Below are positions 1-12,848 of a stretch of 64,000 nucleotides of DNA, piece by piece; position 1 is the stretch's first letter; each line of letters opens with the position of its first letter. The position numbers were made by a program, and so were the translations under genes. The stretch is taken from contig NC_135768.1 in NCBI RefSeq assembly GCF_052425735.1, forward strand, positions 21,328,001 to 21,392,000, given 5' to 3'. Below the pieces are notes generated by a model. That model was given only the letters and a program-made list of their open reading frames with translations. It was not told the DNA's origin and made no database searches. Source of the stretch: Oculina patagonica. Taxonomy: Eukaryota.

Positions 1-299
1 GGTACATGACAGATATCCTGTGATATACATAGGTTGTCAAGATTCGTCCGAAAACTTGGAAATGCTGCACAACCCCAGTTTTTTCTAGCTGCAAAATGTA
101 TTTTGTTGACAAATTGTTGAATCAAATTATCCTGCTCAATCTTGCAAAATATCGTCTGATTTAAGCCCACTTGGCCTACGGCCTCGTCGGCTAAGTATCA
201 AGCGATATACCATGCAATTTTGCGGGATAATGGTTAAGTTTTATGTTCACACACTTCAACAGTTCATGTACCAGTCATTAATGTTATTAAGTTTAAATA

Positions 300-450
300 G
301 CATGATCTTCTTGATGGGAGTAGTTCTCAAAAGAACTGTTGTTGGTGACTGACATTTCAACAACCTGGGTAATAGTCATCTTGAGAGTGTTGTTGTCAGT
401 CGATGACATTATAAGTCTGGTCCATTGAAACAGATTGGCAAGTTTAGACT
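300..450 (-). mobile_element. Degenerate Penelope-associated repeat with decayed hammerhead motif
   Basis: Minus strand 348..388 reads actCTCAAGAtgactattacccaggttgttGAAAtgtcagt, a type I hammerhead layout with the CUGA core mutated to CUCA. Confidence 0.4.
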
Positions 451-603
451 CCAGTACAGTTTGTCAACAGTAATTGATCCGTTGATCCACTTGTTAGTCA
501 CTTGTTACTGTTGACATACAGCATGTCCATAGGCGTTTGTGTAGTGTCGCAATTGTACCATATATTCTTTCAACTTGACAAAGGTTTGTGTACTTGTACC
601 TAC

Positions 604-1619
604 CTCTCGGCAGCCATCTGTTTCTGAATTATAAACATATAACTTAAGTAGTTTGCCCTCGTGAGATTCTATAAGTTGAAACAGGTCTTCAGACTAAGGA
701 AAGAAAACAATGAGGCGTTCAAACCAGTGTTAAAATCATTTGTAATTAGCTTATATAAATGGATGAAAACTGGGATATAATTATTGCTAGGTAATATCCT
801 CAGATATTACCTACTTTTAGCTGAAGTATTGTGTCACATGATACACTAAGACTAATCAAGCACGAGAAAGGATATTCCATACAAATGTTCTATTATATGG
901 GGCTAAATGAAATTTAGGCGAAGTTACACTTGAGACAATGGTGGCCAGGGGTCTCTCTAATAAATTCGAGGCAGTCTGAGGGCTTTCACAGGGCTTCAGT
1001 AAACTTGCATGTACAGCTCTTCCATTGAGGTCAAACCATTTTGTTCACCTTGCCGTTCAAGTGTAGTTCTCGCAACTAGAGGTTGACTATGTCCTTACCT
1101 CGTGTAACACTGAATCAGCTCCAATGATGTAATCTGTGTTTGATCGTAATCCAGCAATGTCAGCAGGGGAGTTTGGTTGTACTTCCTTTAGAGGAAGGAG
1201 AAAAGAAAACATCAGCATCCAGTGTATACTACAATTAGGAAATTGTAGTATACAAATAAATGTAAAAATGTGGCCTCAGTACTGAACTTACCAAAACATG
1301 CCAGACATTTTCATTAGCTCCTTCAAAAGAACAGAATCGAATGCTAACACCTGTAAGAGAACAAAGAAACAATCAATGTACTACAAACTCACACAAAATA
1401 AACAGAGTTTCAGGGGAACTGCATGAACACACCGTCTTGACTACTACTGTCAAAAAAAAAAAGATAAGCAAATGGTTTCCACACCAAAAATTAGAGTGTC
1501 TGCTGTTCGAGGTGTGTTCATTTGGATGAGGGTGCATGTAGTAGATGGGGGGATGAATGCAATGTTAGCTGGAATTATTGTTGTATTTCAGCGTAATTCC
1601 AACATAAACAACAATAAAC

Positions 1620-1681
<62 letters not shown>

Positions 1682-2544
1682 TTTCTTCTAGATTTATTTG
1701 TTTTCAACCGTTTGGAGCGTGAAAAAGTTACACTGACATCGTCTAGAACTTTCAACCTCTTCAGGGTTCTCTTCAGGACATGATAATGAATAATTATTTA
1801 TTATATTAGCCACTACGTTAAATATGCTGGGCAAGTAAGAAAATAGCACATGAACATTGATTCTCTAAGGTGCTGTCTAAATTGTCTTATTGTTTGAGTT
1901 TCTTAGGATAATAGTATTATTTTAATTAGGATATGTACGCAGTTCTATTCTTACGCTCTGGTGATTTGTCTTTGTGCGTATTTGCGTATATATACAATAT
2001 TGAAATAAGAATAAGAATAAATAATAAGAACGTTTCCATGCTTGGCGAACCGCGCCAGTCCTATCATTCCGGTCGCAAAAATAACGTTGTTGCTCCGCAA
2101 CTCATTGTGCTGCTCCTCGTTGGGTCCTGGTCTGGGGGACGGCTCCCTGCAAATATTCCAGTTTACTGTTCATTTGTAGTTGCTCCATTCCCGAGTATTT
2201 TGGTAGTCCCGTCACGATGTTGACTCCTTCCTGCACCTGCCGGGTCAGCGGGTCCTTGTGGGTGCTGGTGATCCACATGTCAAAGGTCACCTGCCGGCCG
2301 CTGTGGTAGTCAATCACATGTTTGCCCAAGGCGTTGTTTGTCTGCCGCTTCTTGGTCGCGTCTTGGTGATCTAGTGCTCGGGTGAATCCATTTCGTGCCG
2401 ATTCACCGATGTAGTAAGAGACCATCAGCTTACCAGCTTCGCCCACCACCTTTTCGCCGCTGTCGGCTCTGTCGGGGATGGTGTCTGGCCCCTTGGTCCT
2501 ACAGTCGCGGCATTCGATCAGGTAGCAGCAGCTATTTCACGAGC

Positions 2545-2612
<68 letters not shown>

Positions 2613-5600
2613 ACTTATATTGCGCAAGTACCAATCAAGGATTTTCACTTGCTCATTACAATATTTATAAAAATTTAAATTACTAAATGGCCCTAAAATT
2701 AATAAAAATACTAATTTAATAAAATACATGATAAGTGTAAATTCCAATTAATAAAAAATAAAAATTAGCTTAAAAACGCCTTCTGAAACAAATTAGTCAT
2801 AAGATACTTTTTAAAACTATTTACAGATAAAATATTTCTAATAACATACCTAGAAGACCCTGTCCTCCCCACATGGTACTTGGGGTAATGCTAACCTCTG
2901 CAACATAAACAAACATTCATTAAACAAGCAAATTATAAATAAATGAACAAAATCAATAAGCTCTGACGAGATGAACATGAGGTGTCAAGCTATGACTCCA
3001 GTTTTTTTCACTGTGCATCTAATTGGAATTTACCAGTTTTGGTATTGTTAGGAGGTTGGGTGGGAGGGGGAAGGAGATAACTGCACCACCTGGAGAGGAA
3101 CCCTTGCAGTAAAGCAAGAGGCAAAAACAAAATCAACCCTATTATGGAGTCATTGGTACATGTCTTAAGGTAGCTTTAAACTCTCTTCTTAGAAACAATA
3201 TTAATTATCAAAATAAAACTGCTGGAGCGATCTGTAGTCATAGCTTAAAATATAAAAATGTTTAAAACAGATCTAAAAATATAAAACGATACTCTAAATT
3301 TTCGATCGCCTTCTGCGGTCTTCTTCAGAGAATGATGGATTTTTGCAAGGTTCGCAGAATTCTAATAAGCTACATCGACGTTATTGTTCATTGTCCCCCT
3401 GGGGAGCAACTAGCGATGCGTAAACCCTTGGGAAGGGCGCTCTTTCGTTTATAGTGTTTTTGTCGAGGAAGGAATGCAAGGATTCCAGAAACAGTCTTTT
3501 GTTCTTGCTGCTTACACCTGTTTAAAGAATTTTGGCGTAACTTGGATGTATGTCGTGGCCGATTTCTGCATGATGTTTAAGCACGGAGTTGATATTTCCG
3601 TTTGTTCCGGGCTTGTGTTCGGCTCCCCGCGATTTCTAGTTTCTTTTGCTTTCAACAACGTATGTGTTGTGGTTCAATTTTATCTTTGGTTTAAAATTTT
3701 TCAAACCAGTTTGATTTTTATTTCCTTTTGTCTCCGATTATGATAATGAACATAAAACAATGATAAATGAAAATCAAACTGGTTTGAAAAATTTTAAACC
3801 AACTATAAAATTGAACCACAACATATGCAAATGGACATGTCCTGCAAGTCACTTTGTATACGATTCCTTTCAATTGATCTTTATTCGGTCGGTCCTTGGG
3901 CTTTTTGAAGATATTTCCTAACATTCGTACTGGTTTAAACGCTGTCTTGATGTTTTCGCGGCTCAAAATACGCCGAACGCGCTCCGACACTCCTTTCACA
4001 TATGGAATGGACGTGTATGCCTTCGGATTCTCCTGGGTTCTTGGTTGCATGTTTGTTTTGTTTGATTCGCCAGCTGACCGCGAGCGCGTTCGGCAGATTT
4101 TGAGCCGCGAAATACAAGCGAAATAATTCCATGCGTCAAGCAATAGTTTTAAGTCAATTCGAGTGCCTGTTTTTAAAGGAAGAGTATTTTACTGACTAAA
4201 TAATCTCAATAAACGTTGTCAAACTCGAGATTTTCTTGTTTTGAAATCATGTCGGGACGCTTGATTAAAATGCAAATCAACGCGGCCGACAAATTGTCGC
4301 ACGTGTACTGAATTTGCAGACGGTCATGTAACTGTGTGAACATGTGTTGTTTACGTACACTTTGTGAAGAGTCATGGTCCTTTTTCTACTTCTTTACCAG
4401 CGTTTTATTTAAGACTTAAGTTTTATTCGATGAGTGTCCCAAAATATGTATTTTTTTTAATTTTATGGTGTGCGAACATCAAGCGCTTTTGATTTGAGGT
4501 CAAAAGAAATCTCCCGTGGGAATTACCACTGCGACTGTCACACTGAATCTTTCTTATGAATGAGAGTAATAATCATTTTCCCTACCTTCTGAGGAAAACT
4601 TTCGATTCACAACAGGCTTGAAAATCGAAACGTTTATGCCTGATGCGACGCGTGGGGGATGGAGGATCTTTCGCTTCGACGTTCGAAGAAAAAAAAATGA
4701 AAACGCATGCACTTATCCATTGCGTTACGCATTTGTTTGTTTGTAGTGTTTATAATATATTCAATCGACTGTTTTTATGCTCATTCATGCAGCGTGCGGC
4801 GAAGCACGCAATGAATGAGAATATTAAAATGGACCAGCTGTAGACGGAAGTTGTTTTTCGTTCCGTGGACGGAAGTGGTTTTTCGTTCCGTGGACGGAAG
4901 TTGTTTTTCGTTCCGTGGACGGAAGTTGTTTTTCCTCCGTGGACGGAAGTTGTTTTGCCTTCCGTGGACGGAAGTTGTAGTTCGTTCCGTAGACGGAAGT
5001 TGTCCGTCTTTGGTACCCCCTCCTTAATAAAAGTCAAAAATAAATTCCATGAAGCTCAGATGCACATGTGAAAAGAAATTACATCTTTTATAGTGTGATA
5101 AATAAACGTCAGATCAAAATTTCACGTTCACGCCGAGGGGGCCCTATAAAACGAGTTTATGTTAATACACTCTGACACACACAATCAAGTCCATCGAGGC
5201 AGCTATATTGGCAAGGTGCAAATTCGCTAAAGTTCACATTAGTAAGTAACCATTCCGGAGATCCCCTTTTTTCTCTTCTTTCCCTTGTAAGTGAAATTTA
5301 CGATGCCTTGAGTGGTTTTCCCGGTCACACATTGCGATTCGTCACGCACCGTCTTTTCCACATTATTAGAAAAAAAATAGATTAATTTTATCGTTTATAA
5401 ATTACCAAAGATTATTGACGTACCTTTATTTTCTATTTATGGTAAACATTATGTTGGTATTTTCGCCAACTGGGCAACGTCACGAGCCAAAATAAGGTCT
5501 GTTACGCGCGTAAAAATAGCAAACGTGCAAAACAAACATTCCTTTAGCTCGTTCATGCCGCGGAGCACGCAATGAATCAGTATATTAGATTGTTTTACAA

Positions 5601-8600
5601 GAAAATCACCTAATCACTATTACTTTTACCCTCCATTCGTGTTTTTTTGAATAATTTGTGCCAATGTTTTCTTTTTCAGCCACAGTTATTGTGTTTACAA
5701 TATCAATATTTCGGCAACAACAGCGTGTAAATTATTGCCAAATATATTCATTCGTAATTTTTGGCAAAACTGGCTTTACTTACTTTCAGAAACTAAACCA
5801 AAATTTACTTGATTAAATTGAGAAAAAAATCTTGGAAGGGTCTTTTTTTGTATGTTTTTCTATTTAAACTTGGCTCGTGACGTTACGCAGCTAATGTTCA
5901 CCCGCACGCATTTCTGTCGTGTACAATGAACCCAAAATAAAGCTACGTCAACTCTCTGTATAGCACTGCACGACCTGCACGCGTCACTTTTACGGAAATT
6001 TATCAAACATAATATATTCTTTCGTTTTTTTCTAAGACCGTTGAAAATGTCCTCGACCCTGACCCCCAATCCGTCTACGTCCAAGAGAAAGTATAAAGAG
6101 CGATCGAAAAAAAAAAGATCACCCGCCCGCATTTCTGTGTACAACGTACAATGAACCAAAAATAAAGTTGCGTCAACTCTGTTTGTTGTAATGCATGGCC
6201 CACACGCGTCTCTATTACGAAAATTAATCAAATTTATCTTTTCTCTCATTTCTGGTTTTTCCTAAGACCCTTAAACATCGCCCCCGACCCTGAGCCCAAT
6301 CTGTCTACGTCTAACAGGGAGTATAAAGAGTGATTGAAAAAAAAGTATTCAATGGAATGTTTTCTTGTGCGTTTGAAACAAAGTTTGTTTTGACTCGTGA
6401 CGTAACGCAGCTGAGGATCACCCGCACGCATTTCTACGTACAATCTACAATGAACCAAAAATAAAGCTGCATCAACTCTGTTTGTAATAATGCACGACCC
6501 ACACGCGTCGCTATTACGAAAATTCATCAAATGTATCTTTTTTCATTTCTGTTTTTTTCTAACACCCTTAAACATCTCCCCACCCTAACCCCAATCTGTC
6601 TATGTCCAACAGAAAGTATAAAGAGCGATTGAAAAAAAGTATTTTCAATTTCAATTTTGTGCTTTACCGATAACACATGCACAACATTATCATTCAACAA
6701 TGCTTTGCAAAGGGAACCACCACAACCAATAATTAATCAAAACAATTACCCATTACATGAATGAGCTGGCTCACAGGAGCCCTTTGATTGATTGCTGTTA
6801 TTCGAGGCCGTTCGAAATGAAGTGTATTCCTTTATATAGCGATGCTGTTCGAGCGAGTCTTTGATTTTCTTGTTTGAAAGCCAAAATTTCCAGCCGTTCG
6901 ACTTCAGCCGTGTGAAGAAAATTTACATCCGTGTAGCCGTTCGACTACATCCGTGCGAAAAAAAATTACATCCGTGTAGCCGTTTGACTTCATCCGTGCA
7001 ACAAAAATTTACATCCGTGGAGCCGTTCACAGAATCCGTGTAGAACGGCTCATCGAACCGTTTCTCATCCGTTCGCTTGCCGTGCGATCAGCCGAACACA
7101 CGGATTCTCTAAGGAACGTTTTCGCGTGAGAGGTCACAATTCTGTTTACAACAGCGGCAATCTTTGGCTCGTGAGCTACAGTGTAGTACAGTTTCACATA
7201 AACACCACTTATTATATCTGAAATGTTCAATCTGCTGAAAATGGAAAGGAAAGGCCTTTTTTCAAACAAAACAGCTTTGTCACGGCGCTCAGCTTGATGT
7301 CACATACGACGCAGAACTGAAATATTCAAAATGCTCTGTTTAAAAAACGAATGACACTATCGATCTGGAAATTTGCAAAAAGATATATTTTTAGTTTATC
7401 TTACGTCTAATGACAACGAAAATTTAGTACGCCTAGTGAATTTTAATTTCAGAATTTTATGACGTAACATGAAAACCAAGAATTACTAACGTTCATTACT
7501 AACGTGACACGAGATGTCGTGACACGAAACAAAAACGTGCTGCTGTGGATGTCGTGTTAACTAAAACATGTCACGTGGCAAGCGTAATAAAAATTTATAA
7601 TAATTTAAGCATAACTGCATATAGCTTATGGCTGCTATCAATATCACAATCTCACTTAATTTGCCTTTTAATGTTTTCTTGCGTCAATGGGTCATTGATA
7701 GCTTTTTTTTCAAATAAGCGTCCAATAATGTAAAACAATCTCACTTTGTTTGCGTTTGAATGTTTTATTTTTCATGGAAGCTGCGGCATTGATGGTGCGT
7801 GCTTTCAGGTTTTGTAGCACGAATTCTATTTTTTCACCACAAAAAATATTCAACTTTTTAGCTTTAAGTAAATTTGTTTTGTGAATTTGTTTACCTTTCT
7901 GTCAGCACGTATAGCGTTATTTTGAGCAGCGAATAAAATTTGAGAGAAAGATGTGCGTTTCTGCTCAACTCAAAAAGATGAAAAACGGATGACGTTGACA
8001 CGAGATGACGTGACGCGAAACAAAAACGTGCCATGAATGTCGTATTTACTTAAACACGTCAGATGGCGAGGGTAACTGCGTGTAGCTTATAGCTGCCATC
8101 AGTAATGTCACAATCTCACTTCATTTGCCTTTGCATGTTTTCTTACGTGAATGGGTCATTGATAGCGTATGCTCTGAGGCTTCGTACGGCGAATTCTATT
8201 ATCTTTTATCACCTGATTGGAGGATATGTGTAACCTCTTTCGATTTGTTTTGTAAAAATTCAACCTTGTTCCTTGGAAGAGGGAGACCCTGGGAATGAGG
8301 TTGGAGAATAATTTGGTTTTGATTGACATGTGCTGAATGGCGTTTCAAAGAACCTTTCTGTCAGCACGTTTACTGTAAAATGCATAAGTTAATTGCGGTT
8401 TAATATCAGAATGGAGTGATCGAGTGAGTGAGTGATCCGTGAGGGAAACACGTGACGTCGAGAATGATCACTACACCTTCATTACCATTCGGTAAAAAAC
8501 GAATAGGGCAAACAGGGGTACATGTACAACTGTACATGCAAGTGAAGTTTCATTATCAGAAACTGCCTTGGTATACAAAGAATTCAATGTACAATACTTA

Positions 8601-10595
8601 CCTCTAACTTTACAAGTTTTGCTACTGAACACCAACATCTTTACAGGTTTTTCTGCATTAGATTTTAGAATTTCTTTCAGTGTTTCATTATCTTGGTCCT
8701 GCAAAAAAAGTTATCAAAGAACTTAATTTCCCTTAGCTGCAATACACCGCAAAAAAAATGTCTTCTTTGGTCAGTTTTGGTAACACATCCTTTGTTCTGA
8801 TGTATGGTAAATATATCTTATTAAACAGTTTCAGGGCTGCAAATATTTTTTTCACTTGAAAGGACATATGTTTTACTAAGAGACCATCTTGGTTGGCAAA
8901 ACAAAATTGTGGTCAGACAGATTTTTATTCATCATTGCCGTAAAATGATTTACGATCAGAAAATTGTCTGGACATCATGTCAGACCACACTAGGGAATTT
9001 GTCAAACATGAGCAAATTTTAGTCGGCCAATGTCCCATGACCAACTGTTATTTGCAGCCCTGCATTTTAGTGTGTAATATCGCTGTATATTTTTGCGAGT
9101 CATGCAGTGTTTGGCAAGTCAAAATACAAATGACAAGTAAAAATGTTCAGCTATACTACACACTAAAATGTCTAATAAGAGTTTTATTATCCAATGGTTT
9201 CTTTCCCCAAAATGCTGACTTGCCACTTTTTCAATCTTTTGTGTGGTCAGGAATGAGACGAGTAAAAATATCGTGAGATATTTGTCATCATCATCATCAT
9301 CATCATCATTTATTTGCCACTTCAGAATTAAACATACAAATTAAAATAACTTAAAAAGATAGGGCGAGGAGACCTCCAAGAAACCACAAGGCTTATGGGG
9401 GAGGCCACCTCGGGTTAGCAATAAGTTAGTAATTTCGCTGTGAATGTGCAGCTAGGCCTAGCTAGGCCTAGGCGTTATTCATACTTTACAAAGCAGAGTT
9501 GGATAATAATATATGTTAGTATATACTCAAACAGTGGATAGCATTTTTGGTGCGCGCTGATTGGCTACTCAAACTCCGAATATCCTTAGCTATTCACCTC
9601 TGAGCAACTCGCTCGCGAAAACTTCACTTGTTAACAGAATAAACTGATCAAAAGTCATCATTTCAGGCTACATTGTCTCACTGTTTGAGTATAATTACTA
9701 AAACAACTATTCATCTCAGTGTCGGTGGCTAGTGGTGGATATTTACCTCGCTGCTTCGTGGCTTGGTAAATATCCACCACCAGCCATAGTTGTTAAATAG
9801 TTGTTAAATAGTAAATATAAAATGAAGGAAAACACCAAACTGTACCAAGGGTAAAATTGAGCCACAACACAGACATCTACATGTAAGCTTTGTTGGCCAA
9901 AAATATACATGTAGATTGGAATTAAAACTTTCATATCCTAATAACCAGTATAATACATGTAGGTACACCACCTACATTGTACATGCATCACAATATGTTT
10001 TCAGTTTGTTTTAATTGTCCTTAAGTACGTTTTGGCCGCCACTTACATAAACAGCTGCTTTTTTATGAGTTAGACAAAAGAAAGAGTGTTTGCAAAGTTT
10101 CAAAAGATTACTTTAAAATAGGTTTAAGTTGCATTTTACAAGGGCTGGAACAAGAGAGAACAAAATCACGAAAAGGGAGAATAAAACGCAGAAAAGTCTT
10201 GTATAGGATAAAACAAAAATGTAAATTCGCCGACCTCTGGAACCAGAAGTTATATCAACGTAACCACATTGCATGACCACCTACCAGTCTTGTGTTTTCA
10301 ATCGAAATGATGAAATCAAAGAACGGTTCCAATCCTGCTTTATACCCAGGAGAATTTTCTTGAACCTACAATGTGACATGTAAAATAAAACGGCGTTAAA
10401 ATTCAATTCAACAGCGCCATTCAGTTCCAAATAATTTTATAATGCCATCACAGGAAAGCAAACGCAAGTTTATAAGCTCGTAGCTTGAGTATTTTAAAAT
10501 CAAATGCGCAGATAACAGCGATCGTATATTACCCTAAGTACATGATATCCCTCTGATCCACCGCCTGGGATTTCTGCGGATTGGCCTGCTCCCAT
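604..10595 (-). CDS. GORASP2: Golgi reassembly-stacking protein (GRASP55/65 family), coding exons 1-7; gene continues beyond the left edge
   Basis: Exons complement(10533..10595, 10285..10365, 8602..8698, 2850..2897, 1292..1350, 1099..1185, 604..693), all GT-AG and phase-consistent. They splice to [175 protein letters not shown], the recognisable GRASP tandem-PDZ domain with an MGxxxS myristoylation motif. Confidence 0.96.
1621..1681. repeat. (TAA)n microsatellite, left half of an interrupted LINE tail
   Basis: About 20 perfect TAA units; source of the poly-N ORF in the track. Confidence 0.95.
1682..2544 (-). mobile_element. 5'-truncated Penelope-like element (GIY-YIG endonuclease, 3' UTR, hammerhead), possibly Naiad-type, inserted in an (ATT)n tract
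   Basis: Minus frame reads [14 protein letters not shown]...[17 protein letters not shown]...LGKH...H...RQVQEGVNI...MNSKLEY (ORF 2102..2449), a PLE GIY-YIG domain with Cys/His ligands. Flanked on both sides by (TAA)n. Confidence 0.85.
1740..1780 (-). ncRNA. Minimal type I hammerhead ribozyme motif in PLE 3' region
   Basis: Minus strand: tgtc-CTGAAGA-g-aacc(ctgaaga)ggtt-GAAA-gttc-TA-gacg. Conserved core, stems I and II, very short stem III typical of PLE hammerheads. Confidence 0.7.
2545..2610. repeat. (AAT)n microsatellite, LINE tail
   Basis: About 22 perfect AAT units; source of the poly-N and poly-L ORFs. Confidence 0.95.
2611..2842 (-). mobile_element. 3' fragment of a CR1/L2-type LINE with (ATT)n tail
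   Basis: Minus strand encodes [23 protein letters not shown], resembling the CR1/L2 ORF2 C-terminus, then an AT-rich UTR and (ATT)n. Candidate TSD aacata at 1617-1622 and 2843-2848. Confidence 0.6.
3292..3332 (-). ncRNA. Minimal type I hammerhead motif in PLE 3' end
   Basis: Minus strand: ttct-CTGAAGA-a-gaccgc(agaag)gcgatc-GAAA-att-TA-gag. Confidence 0.65.
3661..3825. mobile_element. Palindromic MITE inserted in the PLE GIY-YIG coding region
   Basis: Termini tgttgtggttcaatttta / taaaattgaaccacaaca with further internal inverted symmetry; TA dinucleotides at the flanks. Confidence 0.8.
4840..5008. repeat. ~25-bp minisatellite, 7 units (ccgtggacggaagttgtttttcgtt)
   Basis: gacggaag recurs at 4843, 4868, 4893, 4918, 4942, 4967 and 4992; most units contain the dyad TTCCGT-GG-ACGGAA. 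Confidence 0.9.
5870..6640. repeat. Three diverged tandem units (~220-300 bp) inside GRASP intron 3
   Basis: cacccgcacgcatttct...tacaatgaaccaaaaataaag...tcaactct...acggaaatt recurs at ~5899, ~6120 and ~6419. Confidence 0.8.
7500..8390. repeat. Two diverged ~490-bp tandem units, probably transposon-internal
   Basis: tgacacgagatg.cgtgac.cgaaacaaaaacgtgc...tcacaatctcactt...aatgggtcattgatagc at ~7505 and ~7996. Confidence 0.7.
8832..9062. mobile_element. hAT-like MITE
   Basis: 14-bp perfect TIR cagggctgcaaata / tatttgcagccctg; no clean TSD. Confidence 0.6.
9505..9800. mobile_element. Non-autonomous hairpin-ended repeat (Crypton-like); related copy at ~10855-11020
   Basis: Hairpin ggtggatatttacc-tcgctgcttcgtggctt-ggtaaatatccacc; the same arm recurs at 10861-10890. 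Confidence 0.5.
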
Positions 10596-10850
10596 ATTAA
10601 AATTTCCTTTGCTATGTTCTACGAAGTTTCTCTACTCATTCAAGATGGCCGCCAAAATGTTGACGTGGACTTCGAGGGCAATCTCCCAGAAACCCTAGCG
10701 AGGCTCGAAGCGAGATACGTTTTTACAGGGGTGGCGAGGGGACTTCCCGCATATTTCAGCCCTCTCCCCAGTCACACTCGAAATTAGGTTCACGCTCGTT
10801 CCAGATTCTTCAGCTTTCGTCTTATTTTCTCTTGTTTTGGTTTTGTAGAA
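10596..10850 (-). promoter_or_regulatory. GRASP 5'UTR/proximal promoter, GC/CpG-richer, with YY1-like motif
   Basis: Locally GC/CpG-richer stretch directly upstream of the ATG. CAAGATGGCCGCC at ~10641 resembles the YY1 consensus common near housekeeping start sites. Confidence 0.45.
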
Positions 10851-12848
10851 TAGTTTTCGCGGCTCGGTAAATATCCACCACTAGCCACCTTCACTTCGGT
10901 GAATAGTTGTTTTAGTATATACTAAAACAGTGAGATAATATATCGCAAAAGGATGATTTTTTTGCTAGTTTATTCCTTTCAAAGATTACAATTTTCTCGC
11001 GCGCGTTGCTCGGAGGTGATTTGTGTCTGTAAAGAATTTTCTAAAACTAATCAAAATGTTGTTCTACCGGCTTCAACAATTCACTTGACATCTTCATCTT
11101 GGTATTCTAGACGCATTTCGTGTGTAAGCGAAGATTCTTAGTTATATTTTTAGCGCCATTTTGACCAAAAATGTAGCAAAATCCCCGTGACATTTACCCC
11201 TTCAAGTTTGTGTTGACGTAATGAAGTCTTTAATAAATCGTTAAACCACAACGCTCCAAGCATGTTTTTTCTCCTGAAGCCCGTTCTAAGTCAGATAGTT
11301 GGTCTTTACAAAGGAAAACAGTTTTCCATTTTCCTTAAAACTGATGGTTCTGTTAATGAGATACTCTCACACGTTTTATCTAAATATATACCACTAACAC
11401 CTCACGTGACCCCATTTTAAAACCCCTGGCAACTTAATTTCTAAGCAATGTAAAGTCATTTGGTGTAAATGATTACTTCGGTATTTAAAGGATTTCCGGT
11501 TTTAATGGAAACTTGTCATCGGGTTTTTGAACTCTTCAACTTCCTTGTTAAACGAAGCCATGTTTCAAAGATGTAATGTTAAAATTCAAATCAAGTAGTG
11601 TCTTTTCTTGCAATAATTATGCTTTCTTTGTCGTTGATTGCGTACTTGCTTCTGTTGCTGTTGTTGCTTTGCATGCAAGTTGTTACTTCTTTTTAACCTT
11701 TGCACGGTCTCGATTTTCCCCACTGGAAACTCAATCCCACTTTCCTGGCTTAGAAGTACATCATGCGGAAAGCTTTTCAAAGACAAAAATATCAGTCACC
11801 AGATGTGTGTAGACTTATGCAACCACATATTTTTTGCGCCCCTGAAAGCCGCCGCTGGAGCTGCTAAACCCTTTCAAGTGTTTTGTTTATCGAATGCTTT
11901 TAAATGTATCACAAAAAACCCGAAGATATCGAAAGGATTTTCAACCAACCCGGAAACTACTAAAGCCAGTAACCGCGAATTTTATCACGCGCCAGTAGCT
12001 CTGGTACTTTGCACTGGGAAAGGTTGGTTTAGTTTTGTTATAGTTGGAATACAACTTGTAAATGTGCCCTCTCTCAGTCATTTACTGACTTTCCGAATAA
12101 ACCAAGTTCATTTTCTTACGGGACTTCTATTAATAATCTAAGTTCCAATCTCTCAAATTGATTTTGCTTAATCCCTCTAACATACACGCGCACAGAACGA
12201 CCTAAATAAGTTGGACTCTTTAGCCGTATGGCTCAGTATTTTCTATATTTTTGTTTATTTGAGTTCTTTTTTTTCTGTATCTTCTGATGCCTTTTAAACT
12301 TTATCATAATTGCCTGTCGAAGTAAATAGGGAACAACCTGAAGGGACCACCCAAGTCAGATAAACAGCTCGCTTCAAAACAGATAATGGCGGAGAAATAT
12401 TCATGACTTTCGTTTCGCACGGAATGGATGTAATTGCTTATTGACCATAAGTATTTTTTAAGACACCAAAAATATTTGAACTCGATTACTTTTTAGTCAA
12501 AGATAAAAAGATAAAAAGTGATGTGGTTGGACTTAACAAACATTTTCTTCAAGAATAACTTTGAAGGCTAGCCGCCTTGCAAGGGGGTGTCGAGAATGAT
12601 AAATTCGAGACTTTGCAAGATGGCGAGACTGATATATTTTCAGCAAGCCCGAGAATTTCTTAGCCTTGCAAAAGAATTTGAGACTGAAAAGGCATCCCAG
12701 AAACTTTCGAAACAATTAAAAAGACGTGCATCTTTTGAAGTACCACTCGCAAGCCATCTTGCATGAATGAATCTTTATTTTGTTAAAGAAGTAAATTGAG
12801 CATTTTATTTCCTAAATAAAAAGTCATCACGACAGCTAAAGCTAGAAC

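Larger units (their letters stand above)
3240..4143 (-). mobile_element. Decayed Penelope/Poseidon-type element 3' part (linker, GIY-YIG, hammerhead), interrupted by a MITE
   Basis: [15 protein letters not shown]...AFKP...KPKD...[16 protein letters not shown], then after the MITE: VESKRN*KSRGAEH...KHH...H...RLFLES...TINER, with in-frame stops. Confidence 0.85.

Noticed and set aside
2537-2539. In-frame TGA in the PLE endonuclease region as possible selenocysteine (reported for some Naiad PLEs)
   Set aside because: It is not at an obvious Cys-ligand position, is simply explained by CGA>TGA decay in a truncated copy, and I could not identify a SECIS downstream.
1472-2747. Poly-Asn / poly-Leu ORFs
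   Set aside because: Translations of (TAA)n/(AAT)n microsatellites.
4840-5008. Palindromic 25-bp repeats resembling a CRISPR array
   Set aside because: Units are contiguous with no unique spacers, there are no cas genes, and the context is a eukaryotic intron; it is a minisatellite.
8471-8704. 77-aa stand-alone ORF
   Set aside because: It is GRASP exon 3 (8602..8698) read through into intron.
11576-12141. Cys-rich 167-aa ORF and related ORFs at 37918, 50678 and 61799
   Set aside because: The frame is not conserved among paralogous blocks; the region is an inverted relic of non-coding upstream sequence.
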